Origin: Eukaryota sp. TZLM1-RC
Lineage: Eukaryota > Protista > Metamonada: BaSk clade
Reading direction: 5' to 3'
Assembly: GCA_040285825.1 (NCBI GenBank)
Contig: JAUPSS010000004.1
Span: 2,336,550-2,400,549, forward strand
Length of the DNA: 64,000 nucleotides
A program made the translations under genes and the position numbers. Under the pieces are notes generated by a model. That model was not told the origin of the DNA. It did no database searches and was given only the letters and a program-made list of their open reading frames with translations. This document shows, piece by piece, positions 33,780 through 48,000 of the stretch (position 1 is the stretch's first letter; each line of letters opens with the position of its first letter).

Positions 33780-35295
33780 TTGGCTTTCAAATTTCTGATT
33801 TCAACCAACTTGGAAAATACTGGGTCTTTTTTGCGAAAAATAGATAACTACAAAAAAACATAAGACAATCAATTTAGTTAAAACACATCAAATATTTTTT
33901 TTAAAAAATTTGTTATTCTGGTAAATTCACTCATATTTTAAGATCAACTCCTCCTTCAGTGTCTCTTGATTTTTGTAGATCTTTCAACAAACTTCGGGTC
34001 AAATTTTTTTCCTCATTATTGGAGGTAATGAATCTTTAATTCGAAGTCATGTTTTTTGTTCTGCTGACTTAGGTGAAATTGGTTTCACGAAATCTTCGAT
34101 TTTATGTAAAGCAGCTTTTTTAGGAGGTGGAAAAAATTTTGTTTTTGAATTTTTTCAAAGGTTCCCTTTTGATGTTCATATGATCCATGGTGAATCTAAT
34201 TTTTATTTGAATCAACTTCAAATTGAATTAGATAATTTGCCTAGTGATATCTGGATTCAGTGTTTTCCTCAAAATATTCAAGAAATTCCCACCCGATCAC
34301 TTCCAAATTTACGTTTTTGCTTGAAAAAGCTTCAGCACCATCTGGTTAAATTATATGAAGGCTTGGATTATGAAGTAAGACTTGGCTTGGCCAAAACTAA
34401 AAATCCCGCTTTCGGTAATTTTTTAAAGGATATTCGTGATAGCTCTGCTGCTGCTTTAGTAACTCAAATTCCCTCTGTTTATGGACTTATGTTAAAAAAC
34501 AATGAATGGTTTTTAAACATGCGTCTTGGTTGTTTTCTGTGGCCAAATAATTTGCCCAATTATTTAACTTGTAAATGTGGTAAACCTCTTTTGTTTACTC
34601 ATCTCTTGAACTGTAAACATTTCATTACATTTAGAAGCAAAGTGCATAATAACGTCAGGGACCAAATTTATGATATGTATATATCATATCAAGTAGATTC
34701 CTTTTTAGAGCCGCTGTTATCAAAACTAATTCTTGATGATCCCAATATTGATAGTACGCGTAACAACAGATCTTCTATGGGTCTGACAAGAGGTGATCTA
34801 GTTGTTCCCGGTTTAAATGGTAGTTTTACTATTTTGGAAGCCATGTCTATTGACCCTTGTAATTCCTCTAACGAACATCTCATTAACTCGGATGTAAATA
34901 ATCCTCTTCTTGCAGGGGAAAAATATAAAATTGCTAAATATGCGAAACCCATTTCCTCGATTAATGAAAATTCTCATGCTCAATATGATTCATGTCCCTT
35001 TGTTTTTTCTTTGCTTGAATCTCTAGCTAAGGCTGCTATGGCTTTCCTTGAGGATTTTGTTGTAGTTGTAAAGGAAAGAACTGGAAGAATTTTCAATCGT
35101 GTTTACTAGCAAAACAGGATTGTATTTTCTATTTTTAAGGGAATGGTAAAACTGATTTCTGATTCACTGTCTTCTTTTGGGAAATTTTCTGAATCTTTGG
35201 AAATTAATTGTTTTGATGTAGGGGAGGCAGGTTTTGAGGATGTGGAGTTTTAATTGTGTATTTTATGTTTTCATATTCGTTGTTGAACAAATATA
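33780..35295 (+). mobile_element. RLE-2 non-LTR copy, 5'-truncated
   Basis: ORF 34180-35109: CKCG..HLLNC knuckle, HNNVRD, RGDLVV, GEKYKIAKY; decayed upstream part. Confidence 0.88.
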
Positions 35296-35503
35296 AGGAT
35301 GGTTTAAAAAAATTCATCCATTAATGTGCGAATAAATTTAGTTAAATAGCGGCATATTCATTAACTCATATCAAATTCCCTTACTCATCATGTCCTAGTT
35401 GCTTTTCTCATGTTTTGACTAATGCTGTTTAATGTTCATGACATCTTCATGACATCTTTGCGATCTCTCTTGTTGTAGAACTTGACTCCTCGAGTGATTG
35501 TCA

Positions 35504-35575
35504 GCGATTGTAGTATAATGGTAAGTACTCTCCGTTGTGGCCGGGGTGATCCAGGTTCGATTCCTGGCAATCGCA
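35504..35575 (+). tRNA. tRNA-His (GTG)
   Basis: Acceptor GCGATTG/CAATCGC + A; anticodon arm CTCCG-TTGTGGC-CGGGG; T arm CCAGG-TTCGATT-CCTGG; followed by a TTTTT Pol III terminator. Confidence 0.96.
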
Positions 35576-35831
35576 TTTTTCAAAATTTAATCTCTTTCAA
35601 GATTAATTGCCAAAGTTCGAGGAGCGTTTCGTCCCAGCCATTAACAAGATGCCTGTAGATGTTCAGTATTGAAAGTTTATTGATCTTATTTCTTCAATTA
35701 TTGGAATTTTAGCATTTTTCTTTCTGAAAAGTCCATCAGAATAAAAGTTAAGTGTAATTTCATTAATAAATGAAGTAAGTTGAGTAATATAGAAGTAAGA
35801 TAAGGATGATGCATCTGATAAAGCTTATTGA

Positions 35832-35963
35832 AAATTTATTGCATTTGCACACTTAATTAAATTAACTCATAACTAATGGGACGACAATCATTGAACCAAG
35901 ATTTCCTCTACAAAATCTTGATCTGCTTGCTGTCTAGCTAAAGCTTCTCTTATTCGATTGAAG
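35832..35963 (-). mobile_element. Very short RLE-1 3' end capping the Gypsy element
   Basis: Reverse complement of ~25490-25618. Confidence 0.85.
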
Positions 35964-38900
35964 ATGATTTGAGGATTAAACATCCAACTTCGAATAGCAG
36001 GTTACTCGTGCTTGGCTTCTCCTCCGGCGATTTCGATGTTTGGGTGATTTCTGCTTTTTCTCGTTTTCTTTTCAATCGATTAAATTTAGATTGGATATCC
36101 AGAATGAAAGGAACCTCAGTGGTAGCCTTTTCGATGGTGGAGAAAATTGATAAAGGGTCAGCTCTGGGACTGACGTCTGACCCAAACAAAAGCTCGAATG
36201 GACTGAAACCTGTGACAGAGCTCTTAGACGAATTCGTTAAGAGTTGTACGTAAGGTATGTATTCTGACCAGTTGTCAGAGGCGTTAAAATCGATTAGGAG
36301 CTTCCTAAGATTTTGTAAAATGACTCTATGACGTCGTTTAACTAGGCCATTTGATTGACTGAAATTTGGAATACTGTTCGTCACGTTGATATATAGGAAT
36401 TCGCACAGTGATTTAAACACGTTGTTGGCGAATTCTGGGCCGTTGTCACTGTGAATGCTGTAAGGTATACCGAAGATTGCGCACACACTCCAAATCAAAG
36501 CGTCGGCTGTCAGCCTTGCGTTTAATTCTTTGAGGGGCACGAGGATTGTATACCGAGTGAAACTGTCCACGAAAACTAAGATGTACGTATTGGCCTCTTG
36601 ATCTGCAGGAAGAGGACCAATGGTATCCACGTTCAATCTCGCGAAGGGTTTGTCAGCCCAGAGAGATCTGGTGGGAGGAGTGATAGATTTGGGGACAGGT
36701 GCCGTTTTCTGACATGATGGACAAGAACGCACGTGGTTCTTCATATCATCAGTCATACTGGGCCAGTAGTAGTCGCTAGAGGATAGCCTGCGTAAACTCT
36801 CAGACATACTAGGATGACCGCCTGATACATAACCATGTATGATCAAGAGCGTGTCGTTGATGAGTTTTGACGGGATGATGATCTTGCCTGATTCGTTAAC
36901 GTAGAGGTCAAGATGATTGACGGAACAGTTATTAAATGAACGTTCGTGAGCTGCAACAGCTTGTCTTTTCTCTGAACGGATTCTACTCAACCAAGGATCG
37001 AACATGGGGATTGCAGATGCGCATTTCTCTTTTAAAATGAGGATTTTGTGGGTATCCCGAAGGTCGTCTAGGTCTGGGAGAGCAGAGTCGTCTGATGGAT
37101 TATAGTTTCTGATATAATAGATTGGGTGAAACGGTTCATAGGTGGTCTCGCTCGCTGATGAACGAGTGTTGCCTTTGTTGATTGTGTTTATGCGTACAGT
37201 ATCGGTCGTTGGGACCTGTCTGGATAGCATGTCTGCCCAGTAGTTGTCTTCCCCCGAGGTGTGTACCAACTCGAAGTCGAACTCACTGAGTATTGGTAAC
37301 CAACGTGTGACAATTCGATTCTTATCAGGGGCTGTTACCAGATATGAGAGGTTCCTGTGATCTGTGAATATCGTGAGCTTCCTGCTTTTAAGGTAACTCT
37401 CGATGCATGATTCTGTTAGGATGAGAAGTATAGCGTAAAGCTCTTTCTGCATCGTTGACCAATTCTTTTGGGAATTGGAGAGAATCCTGCTAAAGAAACT
37501 GATAGGTCTGACCTTACGGTCAATGAGAGGAGTGCCATTGTGTTCACAAGGATCATATTCTTCCCAAATGACGCCGCCAATAGCAATGTCTGATGCGTCA
37601 CAACTAATAAGGACACGGTTATCTGCTGGGGGTAAACTCAATGGCATATTCTCTTTTACGAGTTGCTTGATCTTGTTGAAGCGGAGTTCATGATCTGAGG
37701 TCCACTCGATACGGCGAGGGTTTCCTCTAGTAAGCTCGATGATAGGAGATATGATTTCGGATACCGAAGGCAGCCAGTCTCTAATGTAGTTGATGGATTT
37801 TACAAAACTTCTGACGTCTTTCACTGTCTTGGGAGCTGGAAGCTCGACTAGTTCAGTTAGTCGTGAGGGATCAATTTGGCGTGTACCATTGACGAAGATA
37901 CTGCTAAGAATCTTGATTTCATGATCTTTAGACTTGAAATGGCATTTTGGTAGGCCAAGGCTGACCCGCTTCTCTTTAGCGCGGAAGAGGATGGCTTTGA
38001 GCCTGTCGATGAATTGAGGAAGGGTATTACCTATGATAATGATATCGTCGATGTAGATAAACATGCCTTCGATGCTAAAGATGTTGGACATTACATTTTA
38101 AACACTGCGGGGACGTTCTTGAGACCGAAACATGCCCTGTTGAAGCTAATACTGCGACCAGGAATGCTGAGGGTGGTTTTCTCGATGTCTCTTTCGTTGA
38201 TCTTGAGTTGCCAAAATGCTTTTGGGAGATCAAGTGTTCCAATGTAATTGGCTTGAGATAAGAACTCTAATACATCAGAGATCTTTGGAAGGTTTGGAGC
38301 GATAGGGATAGTGTTCGCATTGACTCCATTCGGACCACTGAAGTCGCCTGTAGGACGTGGTTTCCGATGATCAGGATAAACTACAAGGACGACTGGGGAG
38401 CTCAATCTACCGTTGGATTCTGTGGCGAAACCAGATTTGATCAACTCATCGAAGATTTGGTTGGCGATTTTGAATCGTTCAGGGTTTAACCTGCGAGGTG
38501 GACGATAAACAACAGTGTCTTCATCGTAGAAATCGATGTCCATGGGGTTACAGTCGATGCCGTCTTCATGGGGTTTCAACGTGAAAACATCTTTGAACTC
38601 TTCGAGAGTTGCGAGGAGCTGTTGATTTTCTGATTGATTGTTGAGCTTTATTTGACAACCTGACGAGTTGACGTGATCTTCGAATGTTTTTGACACCTTA
38701 AAATCAGATGTCTGTGAAATTCTGTGGTCAAACTCAGATTCAGGTAACATTAGTGTTCTGTGAAGCTCGTCGAGATGAATGTATACCCTGTCGTTGTTCA
38801 TGAGGCCGAGTTCATATAGAATGTCTATTCCTATAATTAGAATGTTGTTGCCTGGCACGATTGGTAACGATTTGGTAAGATGCACAACTTTGGAAATGCT

Positions 38901-40707
38901 ACCGACGTTGAAGGATAGGATTCCTTTGGCATTGCCGTCAGAGTTTGATGGTTCTCCGTTAACACCAATGAATTTGACAGATTCAGTGCAGTGTTCCATC
39001 TTGCATTTTGTAGATAGGTCTTTCGAGATGACGAATATGGATGCCACGCTATCAATAAGACCAGATACCTCTATGTTATTAATCTGCAACCAAAGTTCAA
39101 TAAACTTGGGACAATTCATAGATTTATTGGCACAAACAGAAGACAAACTAAAAATTCTATTGGTATGCGAAGATTCAGGGTCACATGTGCTCAAAGGCTT
39201 TAAGAGGCGTTTGGAGGGATTGCGAGTGATTGTAGGGAAACAGCGAGAGGGGCTGTCCCTGATTTTGGTGGTGGACTCGGATGTTGTTTTAGGCATGCTA
39301 AGAAAGTCGAAATACACCGCGTTAGATGGGAGAAGGATGGGAGGAGAAGTGTCGAGATCCGAAACAGACAAATCTCCAGAGAGGGGTTTGGGGATGGATG
39401 GATCAGGAGAGAGAACTTGACTCCTGGGTACCCAGAAACCGCATGGGTTACTGTCTTCATCCTCACCGTGAACAGCCACTTTCTTTTGACGAGAAGGTGT
39501 GGGAGTGGTTTCGGGATTAACTGGGAGACTTCTGAGAGTAGGAGGGTTATCCAACGAGTTCCATACTCTTGAGAGCTCCTGACCGTAAGCACTACGAACG
39601 GCGAAAACTTGGCCTGGATTAGGTTCCACTGCTGATTCCCTGTCCAGACGGAATGGATAGAAATCCATAAGACACTCTGGGTCTGGATGAGTCAATGGAT
39701 CATAGGGTTGGGGCATCAGCAAGAACTTAAAGTTGTCCCCATCCTCTTCAACCGAAGGAATCCGAGGAGGAGACTCGTTTAAGAACATCTGGATCATGAA
39801 CTGCTCAAAGTGGTCCTTAGGAGCACGAGTAGCAAGTTCTGCCTTTAAGGCGACTAGATCCAGGAAGTACCATTGTTCTAAATCCCTACGGAATTTCTCC
39901 AAGGTATACTGCCACTTAGATTGAGTAGGAGTAGATACCTTGGGAGAAGGAGAGGAGGGACGAACCTGACCAGTAGAATCTTTCGACTCCTTGGAAGCCG
40001 TAGAGGTAGACTCCTCTTTCGAGGTGTCTGCGTTGGCTTCTTCGGGAGAAGAAGAATCCTTGGCAGGAGTAGGAGGGTCCCCCCCTGAATCCTGAGGATT
40101 GGTGGCGAGATGGGAGTCGGAATCCCTACGGCCGAGATTGGTTCCACCCGGAGGTGAGGCTGCATCCAGAGGAGCCTGTTGTTCGTTAGCCGAAGAACGG
40201 CCAATAATTATTGTTGCCTGTGGGCCAGAGTCAGACATATATGTGAACAAATAGTAATTTTATTACGACGAGAAACGAGCTATAGTGAATTTCAATACCA
40301 TCACTAGTGAGGTCTCCATGAATAAACAATGAACATTAAGCTATAAACAAGAATAAATAGATAAGTCTATCTACACTCTAGAATAGTGTAAAGACTAACA
40401 GTAGTGCCTCTACAGACTGTCTTTTGTTAGTTATCTCCGCTAGTCTATTTTATGGGATCCAATGTTTTATAGTCAATGAGTGAGGATCGCATTGAACGGA
40501 ACCTGTAACGAAGTCAAAACACTGGCGTGTTTCTTGTTGAATTGTCATTCCCCCAGGTTAGTGTAGCTATAATAGAAAAGTCAAGAGTTCCACCATGATC
40601 ACAGGCGAACTCAGATATAGATGAACGAGGAGTGGAAGGTTCTTCGTCAAAGAGAGAAGGAAATGGGAAGGAAGATAGAACGGGTGTTGTGACTTCCCTT
40701 GGTAACA
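35964..40707 (-). mobile_element. Ty3/Gypsy LTR retrotransposon, decayed, 3' LTR missing
   Basis: Order PR(IDSVAS)-RT(LDLPKAFWQ, YIDD)-RH(CDASD)-IN(HHCC, VDTIGP, SDNG) in ORFs 38091-40250 and 35950-38091. The 5' LTR ends at 40212 (AGGCAACA); its start is at 40707 (TGTTAC) or 40400, uncertain. Confidence 0.9.
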
Positions 40708-40734
40708 CACTTGTACTGAATAAAGAAATTAAAT

Positions 40735-43578
40735 TGTGAAACTATAATACGAACTCATTTAATCTACAAACACCCTAGATTAAACGAACAACTGTCTTGA
40801 CTAACCACAACTTCATCAAATTTCACATCAGTTTACTATTTTTAGGAAAACAAATGATTAAAGCAGGTCCAGTGTCTATTATAAATGTGTCTATTTATCA
40901 GTTTGTCCATGTATTATTGTTTCTTGGATGTAAGAAGTTGAAAATAAACCTAATTTTATAAGTAACTGACACTCGTGAATCACTCATTTCTGATTGTCTG
41001 TGCACCTTCTACTTCCAGTAAGGCCTTATGCTCAACTCAGCTGTAACTATAACTCAGGTGCATGCCATGATGATGATGAGACGGAACTGGTGTTCTGGGC
41101 CATCGACCCCAACCACTCAAATCTATGTGGTTCCAGCATTGGAACACCTTCAGGGCCGACCGTTTCCAATATCTTCTTGGCACCAAAGCAATGAAAAATC
41201 AATCACTCCACTTCACTGACCCACTAATCAATAGATGTTTATGACGTGCAGAAATTGGACCATTATATGATTGAAATGCCTTCTGATTGGCTCTTCTGCT
41301 CAAGACCTCGTGATAAACGATTCTATTGTCCCTTTTACTAATTATAGTAGTGATGCTTTTAAGTTCCTTGGTTGTTGGTTAGGAAATGTGCCTCAAATTC
41401 AGAATGAATTGCAAGTTATTTTGGAAAAAATGAAAATTGAACTTGATTCAATTTCTTCTTTAGATATAGAAAAGCATATTAAATTTTTCATGCTTAAAAT
41501 TTGCTACACTGGGAGAATAACCCACATTTTGAGATCTTGTGCTCCTTCCATAGCATTAGACTTTTGTCGTTCTTTTAATTCATTGAGAACAGAATTTTTT
41601 GCTGATTTATTGGATGTAGAACCAGGAATGTTGAAAAGCCATTTATTTTCTTCAGCAAATTTGGGTGGTATTGGTTTTACTAAATCTTCAATTTTGTGTC
41701 AATCAGCATTCTTGGGTGGTGGCAAAAATTTTATTTATGAATTTTCTCGTAGATTTCCTGATGATTCTCATCTGTTAGTCCCCAATTGTAGTCCCTATTT
41801 GTATGAGTTATCTTGTGAACTTGAAAAATTACCGCCACAAATTTGGACCAAATGTTTTCCTCAATCAATTCAAGAAATTCCAAACCGATCTCTATTTAAT
41901 TTACAGTTTTGCTGTAAAAAGCTTCAACAAAAATTGTCAAAGATTTTTGAAAGCTTGGATTTTGATGTTAGACTTGGCTTGGCCAAGAAAAAGAATCCCG
42001 CTTTTGCAAATCTTTTACAAGATATGTGTGACAGTACTTCTTCTGCCTTAGTAACAACAATTCCACAAGTTTATGGTACTCTCTTATCCGATTCTGCTTG
42101 GACTCTGAATATGAGATTTCGTTCCTTTATCTGGCCTGATAATTTACCTCATAATTTAATTTGTAAATGTTCTCGAGAAATTACAACTACTCATTTGTTA
42201 AATTGTAAACATTTTATTACTTTTTAGAAGCAAGGTTCATGATGCTGTAAGAGACCAGTTATATTGTATGTGTAAATCTCATAGAATTGAATCCTTCTTG
42301 GAACCTTTGTTGTCAAATCTGTTTGATGCTGAAAATGATTTTCATAAGAATAATAGAGGTGATGTCATATTACCTGGATTAGATGGAAGCTTCATTTTAT
42401 TGGATGTAATGTCTGTTGATCCTTGTAATGCCTCAAATGAAAGGCTTGTTAATTCTGAAATTCATAATCCCCTTTCAAATGCTGAAAATTTTAAATTCAA
42501 AAAATACAATGAACCTTTGTCCAAATTGGCCAGTCTACAGCATGCAAAAATACAATTTGTATCCATTTGTATTTTCCCTTTTTGGTTCACTTGCACCAAC
42601 TGCTTTACGTTTTTGGATGATTTTGAAATGATTGTAAAGAGAAGAACTGGCAGAAATTTCAACAGATTGTTTTGGCAAAATAGAATTGTGTCCTCTATTT
42701 TTAAGGGGATGTTGAAGATGGTTTCTGATGCTTTGCTTTCTCTTGGATCTCACTATGAGAGAGTTGCATCTAGTGTTTTTGTTTTGGGAGAGATGGATTT
42801 TTTAGATGTTGATTTATAGGTTTAGAATAAAATTAAATTTTAAAAAAAAAAAAATTATATGATTGAAACATCGACTAAGGGTGACTATAAGGACTCTGAA
42901 GGTAATAACGCAAGACAATCATTGCTAAAGCAGCAATTATATCTGAGTGCTCGAAAAGCATTGAGGAGAAACACATTTGACTTCTTTATAACAAAATAGA
43001 AAAGATTCAGCTCAATTATGAACAAAGTGAAAAAATTTGCAGATGGTCGAGAAGTAAAGGTGTGGTTTGGCAATGGAGGTGGTGGTACATCACGTCAACA
43101 CGTGAAAACTCCACGTAAGACGTTTCTCAAGTTGTTACAATGTTCATTTGCTAGTGTGAGGATCGGAGATGAATACACGACATCTGCAAAGGTGAACTGC
43201 TGCAAGATGCTACACCAAAAGATCTATCGAGAAGTTGATGGTGAAGTTAAAGTTCACAACGCCTATTTCAGTTGTCCGGAATGTGATCAAGTATGGTCTA
43301 GAGACATTTCTGCATCACTGAATCAGCTAGAAATTGCAATTAGTGAGCACTACTATGGAACAAAACCAGTAGTGTTGCAGAGACCACAAAGAAACTAGCT
43401 TCAAAGCTACGTACTGTTCTAGAGTAGAAATGGGCTCACTGAGATTGGTGGCCAATTATTCCAGGATTCTAGAACGTCTGTGGACGACCACACCAAGGAT
43501 GAAATTTCTTGGAAGAAGTTTGAATGATGCTTGAAGAAAGCATCTTCATGTGAAAACCACAGAAGTGTGGTTAATTCA
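40735..43578 (+). mobile_element. Fanzor family D (relative of B), internally deleted and interrupted by RLE-3
   Basis: FWAIDPNHSNLCG (40994-41194); RKALRRNTFDFF then GDEYTTSAKVNCC, CPEC..WSRDISASLN (42869-43398). The leader shares ATACGAACTCA and GATGTAAGAAGTTG with Fz-B 59408-59589. Confidence 0.85.
41277..42853 (+). mobile_element. RLE-3 non-LTR copy, 5'-truncated, poly(A) tail
   Basis: ORFs 41271-42227 and 42268-42819; AATAAA + A-tail; 15-bp TSD ATTATATGATTGAAA (41262-41276, 42854-42868). Confidence 0.93.
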
Positions 43579-43589
43579 TCCTAGTTTAC

Positions 43590-44684
43590 ATGTACAATCC
43601 GATTAATCTGGCTTATGTACACCCAAGTGTGCATGATATCTTGCAGTTAGACACCAATGTTGTCTCTTTCTCTTCAAAAACTGTCTGTTATCATGATGTG
43701 TTTGTAGAGGCTCCTTCATTAGATAATATTATTAAACATAGAGATTCAATATGTCCTTCATCTCCTCTATTCCTCACCCTCTTGGGCTCTGCACCTGATT
43801 GCTCTCTCTCTAACTTTATTAGCCCTGTTTTCAGTGGCTCGTCAGTCAATGTGCGTTTGGTTGAACTCCGTAATGATTCTACTTTTTACGATATCCTTTC
43901 CTCTTCCTCTGTACCAGACCCTTGGTCAGCATCTGAGCACTCCTTCACTGAAGCTTCTCGATGTTTACTATTCCTCAACTCGTTTGTTTTTTCATGTCCT
44001 TCGTCTCTTTTGCTAGTCATCACCCCCTCTCTCATTATCCTTACCTCTCCCCCTGGATCTTCCCCTTCTAACCTCCACCCTTTTCTCTCTTCATCAGCGG
44101 TGTCCCAGGCCAAGCTACAACCTTTGACTTTTTTTAATGATTTAAATTTAGTTTATGTTAATTTGTTTTCGTTTAATAATTCCTTATCCACCAATTTTAT
44201 TTCTAATTTGATTAGTTTAACAGAGAAGCTTTTAATTTATTCATCAGTCACAATCAGTGCGAATTACAATAATATAGTTTCCAAATTGCAAATTTTGGAA
44301 TCCAAATTTAATGAAGTTTCTTCAAATTATACAAGCACTTTATCTGCAAAAGAAGAACTTGAGTCACTGTATATTGACACTGTTACAAATTACAATGAAC
44401 TTGCAGACGATTACAACTCTTTACAAGACGATTACGCCTTTGCAGTTGACAGTTTTCATTCTCTGGCTATGGAGATCCATGATGTTGATGCAGGCCATGG
44501 ATTAAATTTTTCTTCACCATTAGGCTCTCCTTTGAAGGTAAGGATGTCAATATCCTCACCACCTCCGTTTATGGATAGATCTAAATCACTGATGCCCGTA
44601 GAGGTACCAAAAATCAAGAATACACCGATAAAGATGTTGTCAAAAAGGAGACACAGTCCTTATAAATCACCTAGATTAGAATAA
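43590..44684 (+). CDS. Hypothetical protein with C-terminal coiled coil
   Basis: 364-aa ORF. VRLVELRND..YDIL is faintly kinesin-like, but no P-loop is seen. Confidence 0.7.
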   Translation: MYNPINLAYVHPSVHDILQLDTNVVSFSSKTVCYHDVFVEAPSLDNIIKHRDSICPSSPLFLTLLGSAPDCSLSNFISPVFSGSSVNVRLVELRNDSTFYDILSSSSVPDPWSASEHSFTEASRCLLFLNSFVFSCPSSLLLVITPSLIILTSPPGSSPSNLHPFLSSSAVSQAKLQPLTFFNDLNLVYVNLFSFNNSLSTNFISNLISLTEKLLIYSSVTISANYNNIVSKLQILESKFNEVSSNYTSTLSAKEELESLYIDTVTNYNELADDYNSLQDDYAFAVDSFHSLAMEIHDVDAGHGLNFSSPLGSPLKVRMSISSPPPFMDRSKSLMPVEVPKIKNTPIKMLSKRRHSPYKSPRLE

Positions 44685-45041
44685 TTTATAATAAAAATGT
44701 ATTAAATTAAATGTATTAAATTTTTTATGAAATGTTCAATTACTGATTACTACAAGGGTTATTTGAGTTCTTGAATTGAATTGGTTTTCTGACATACTAT
44801 AACTAAAAGAAGGGCTTCTGTTACTAATGATATTCAGTTAGTCGTAACAACTTCGATTCGATTTGTTTGATTAGTTTTGTTGTATAAATCAATGTAAAAA
44901 TTATAGATGTTTTACTTTCTGATGTAAATTCACCAAACAAACCGTAGGTTGGTAACTCTGATATTGTAGAGAAAACAGTAAAATTATTTTATTCAATTAT
45001 TTATCAAAAAAATTATAAAAATTATGTGAAACTCAAACCAC

Positions 45042-48000
45042 CTACATATGAGCCCAGCCAACAGAAGCTGGCACAAACTGTGTTCTTGCTTGTGGTTTGG
45101 TATCATTCTTCAACCTGTAAACACATTCTGAAATTCTGCTCAACATTGCGTTTCTAAAAATAAAACCTTTGGGGGTAGGGACAATGACTTCCTTGGTAGG
45201 AACAGTCATTCCATTGACCATGTAGTAAATGGCAAAGAAACCAGGAACGGCTCCACCACCTTCTTCTTTGAATAGAAACGAAATGTAGTAATGAATGCTT
45301 CTTGGATCATCAGCTACATTAGCTTTCAGAATATTGACAACTGACTGCCAAGAGTCAAAATTGACATTGAATTTGCGATAATTAATAGTTTCAACAACAC
45401 TTCTATTGAAAGGTTCTACAAAGTCAACCGCAATACCATCAATATCGTCAAACTCTAACTTGACTTGAAATCCTGAAAGAGTAACCAATGCATTTTCAAA
45501 CCATGGGTTAATTTTTAATTTGTCTCCCAATAAAAGAGATTTATGTTTTTTTAAATGTAAATTTTGAACTCGTAAATGGAAATAAATGCCGTGGAAAAAT
45601 TTAATCGTAAGATTTAATTCATAAAGCTTGTCTCCCCGAGCTGGGCGCAATATGAATGCTCCAATATCTTGGTCAGACAGGTACTGTTCAGCTTGCGTTA
45701 GCGTTAAGTTTTTGAAATAATGGTGTTGTATAGGTCGCATAATGTATTCTGTTTTTTGGATTTCTTTTTTCACAACAACCTCCTTGACTTCTGGTAAGCA
45801 ATACTCATCTCGAGGTCGAAATGCCGGGTCTACATCGCGTACCAAATCTCCACTTAACAAGGAAACAATGGCTGAGAATCTATCTGGGTAAACTTCAGTG
45901 ACGCGACCTCTGACAACAGATCCTACCTTTAAAATATCTTGAATGAAGTATTTGCGAGACTCAAAAGTACCTTCATTATGAGAAAGTTTATCCTTTTCTT
46001 TTGAATCTGGGGGGTTTTCGACTCTGTCTTGGTAAACACGAGCTATAATGTTATTGTCAAGTTTAATCATGGCGTATTTGAACATAATCTTGCCCAAAAA
46101 CTGAGATTGTTGCCTGTGTATGCTACTGGGCTCTACAAACGGAAGGACATCTGTTACAAATTCCCTTGATTCTCGTCCTGGGAATGATCTATACTTCTGT
46201 CTGGTTTCATCTGTCTGACCAAACCTCATTGAACAGGAATGTTGTTCTGATTGAGAATATGGACAACTATCTCCTGGACAAACAGGAGGCCCATAGCCGA
46301 TGACTGTTCCAGAGACAATAGAATCATTCAGAGGATCGTCTCTTGAGGTGCCAGTAAGTGTGTAAAAGAGCTCATCAGCTTGGAGGGTGAGTTGGGTGGT
46401 TCTGTAGTCTTGCAAGGGGTTTTTAATCTCATTTACGATTAGTTTGATTAGTTTTGTAATTTTGACATCTGGGGAAAATTTACTTTGAATTTCTGATGTA
46501 TTAATTGTTCCCAACAATTCAGATCTTTTCCTTACATCTTCAACAAGATTCTTCAAGATTAAAATATCAACATTATCTGGATCATATTCCCTTTCTTTTT
46601 CAAGTAAAAAAGCGCAAATGGATCCCGCCAAGCCATAATCCTGTGGATGAATTCTAGTCTTGGCAAGGATATCACTAGAGTCAGGAATGATAACGAATGA
46701 AGCACAATTCTGATACGTCACACTACCACAAAGGTTGATGCTGGGATGAAGCAAATCATCTCTATTGGCAACCTTGAAATTGTGCTTTAAGGCGTAATCT
46801 CTGAGCAAATCGTACTTTTTAGGTCCAAAACCAGGAACTAAAGAGAAAAGGCATCCGTAATGACTATCAGCCAAGGCAGCATTAATATCAACAGTTTGTT
46901 TAGCAACAGCTATAGACAGACCTATGAGCATGCTATTGTAAAGGAATTCTTGGTTTAATTCAGACTGTAAAACATGATGATGATGGGAGAGAAGATCAGC
47001 CTTGGATCCGGCCAGGACAGCGTATTCGTTGAGGGGATTGAGAGCAATTCTGGCAAGAGAAACAGAACACCTCACAGGGTAAGAAGCTTCTGGTAGTAGA
47101 AGTGATCCAATTGAAGCGCTCGCAAAGATATGGGACAGATACGAGGGAATGATGTGAACCTTGTCTATCAAATTTTGGATAATTTGATTCTCGTTTCCAA
47201 AATCAAATTTCTTTACAAAACTGTTAGTCTCAACTCCCTTAGCACCAATAATGATAGCACTGGGATTACGACGAGAAATCAAATCAAATACTTGCCCCCA
47301 CTCTTCTCTTTGCCGCTCTTTAACTTCAACAGAAGCTCCTTTACCGAGTCTTAAATGAATGTTTGCTAAAATAAGCTGTTCTTCCATATTCCCGTCAAAG
47401 TCAAGATAAGTCAAGACACAGGGCTCATCACGTTCCCCTAAATACAAGCCCACTACACCAACAGAATCCTCAGGGTCGGGGTCAGGATTGTAATCTACGA
47501 TGGGCTTGGCATTTATAGAGTAACTAAAGTCTTTAATTACAGAGTTGAAAACATAATTCTTTGCTTCATTTGTTAGTTTGGTTTTAATTTCTTCCTTAAA
47601 TAGAGGAATTAGATGTCTGAAAAGCATCTCCGATAGAATAGATTCTCGCAATTCATCCCAATTTTGAGAATTTTCTTTATAAGAAGATGACTTGAAAAAA
47701 TCCTTGACAGACTCTAAAATAATCGGCCTGTCAGATTGATATTCGTAAAGAAACTTTGGGGTAACAAACGATGGTTTTGCCATCTGATGTCGGTGAACCC
47801 TTTCAAATTCTTCAGGCCTTGGTAAATCCAATGAAAACTTTAACAACTGGTCTTTCTGTGCTTTTAAAATCAGTAAAAACAAATCATTTGAAATAGTACT
47901 AAGGGGCTTATAGCGTATTTCCTTAACTTTATAGTATTGGTGAAAGCCATCAATCTCATCTTTACCTTTTGCAGTGGCCCTTGTGGATAAAGTAAATAGA

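Noticed and set aside
35295-35963. tRNA-targeted retrotransposition around tRNA-His
   Set aside because: A single instance; the same families occur throughout the window far from tRNA genes.
38085-38110. Programmed -1 frameshift at TTTAAAA between the two Gypsy ORFs
   Set aside because: The heptamer is in the wrong codon phase and lies inside the RT core. Protease (DSV) and integrase (E to K) are also damaged, so a 1-nt deletion or homopolymer error is more likely.
38779-39420. Long antisense ORF (and similar short shadow ORFs in SDA1, SPT6 etc.)
   Set aside because: These overlap well-supported coding sequence on the other strand and show no motifs.
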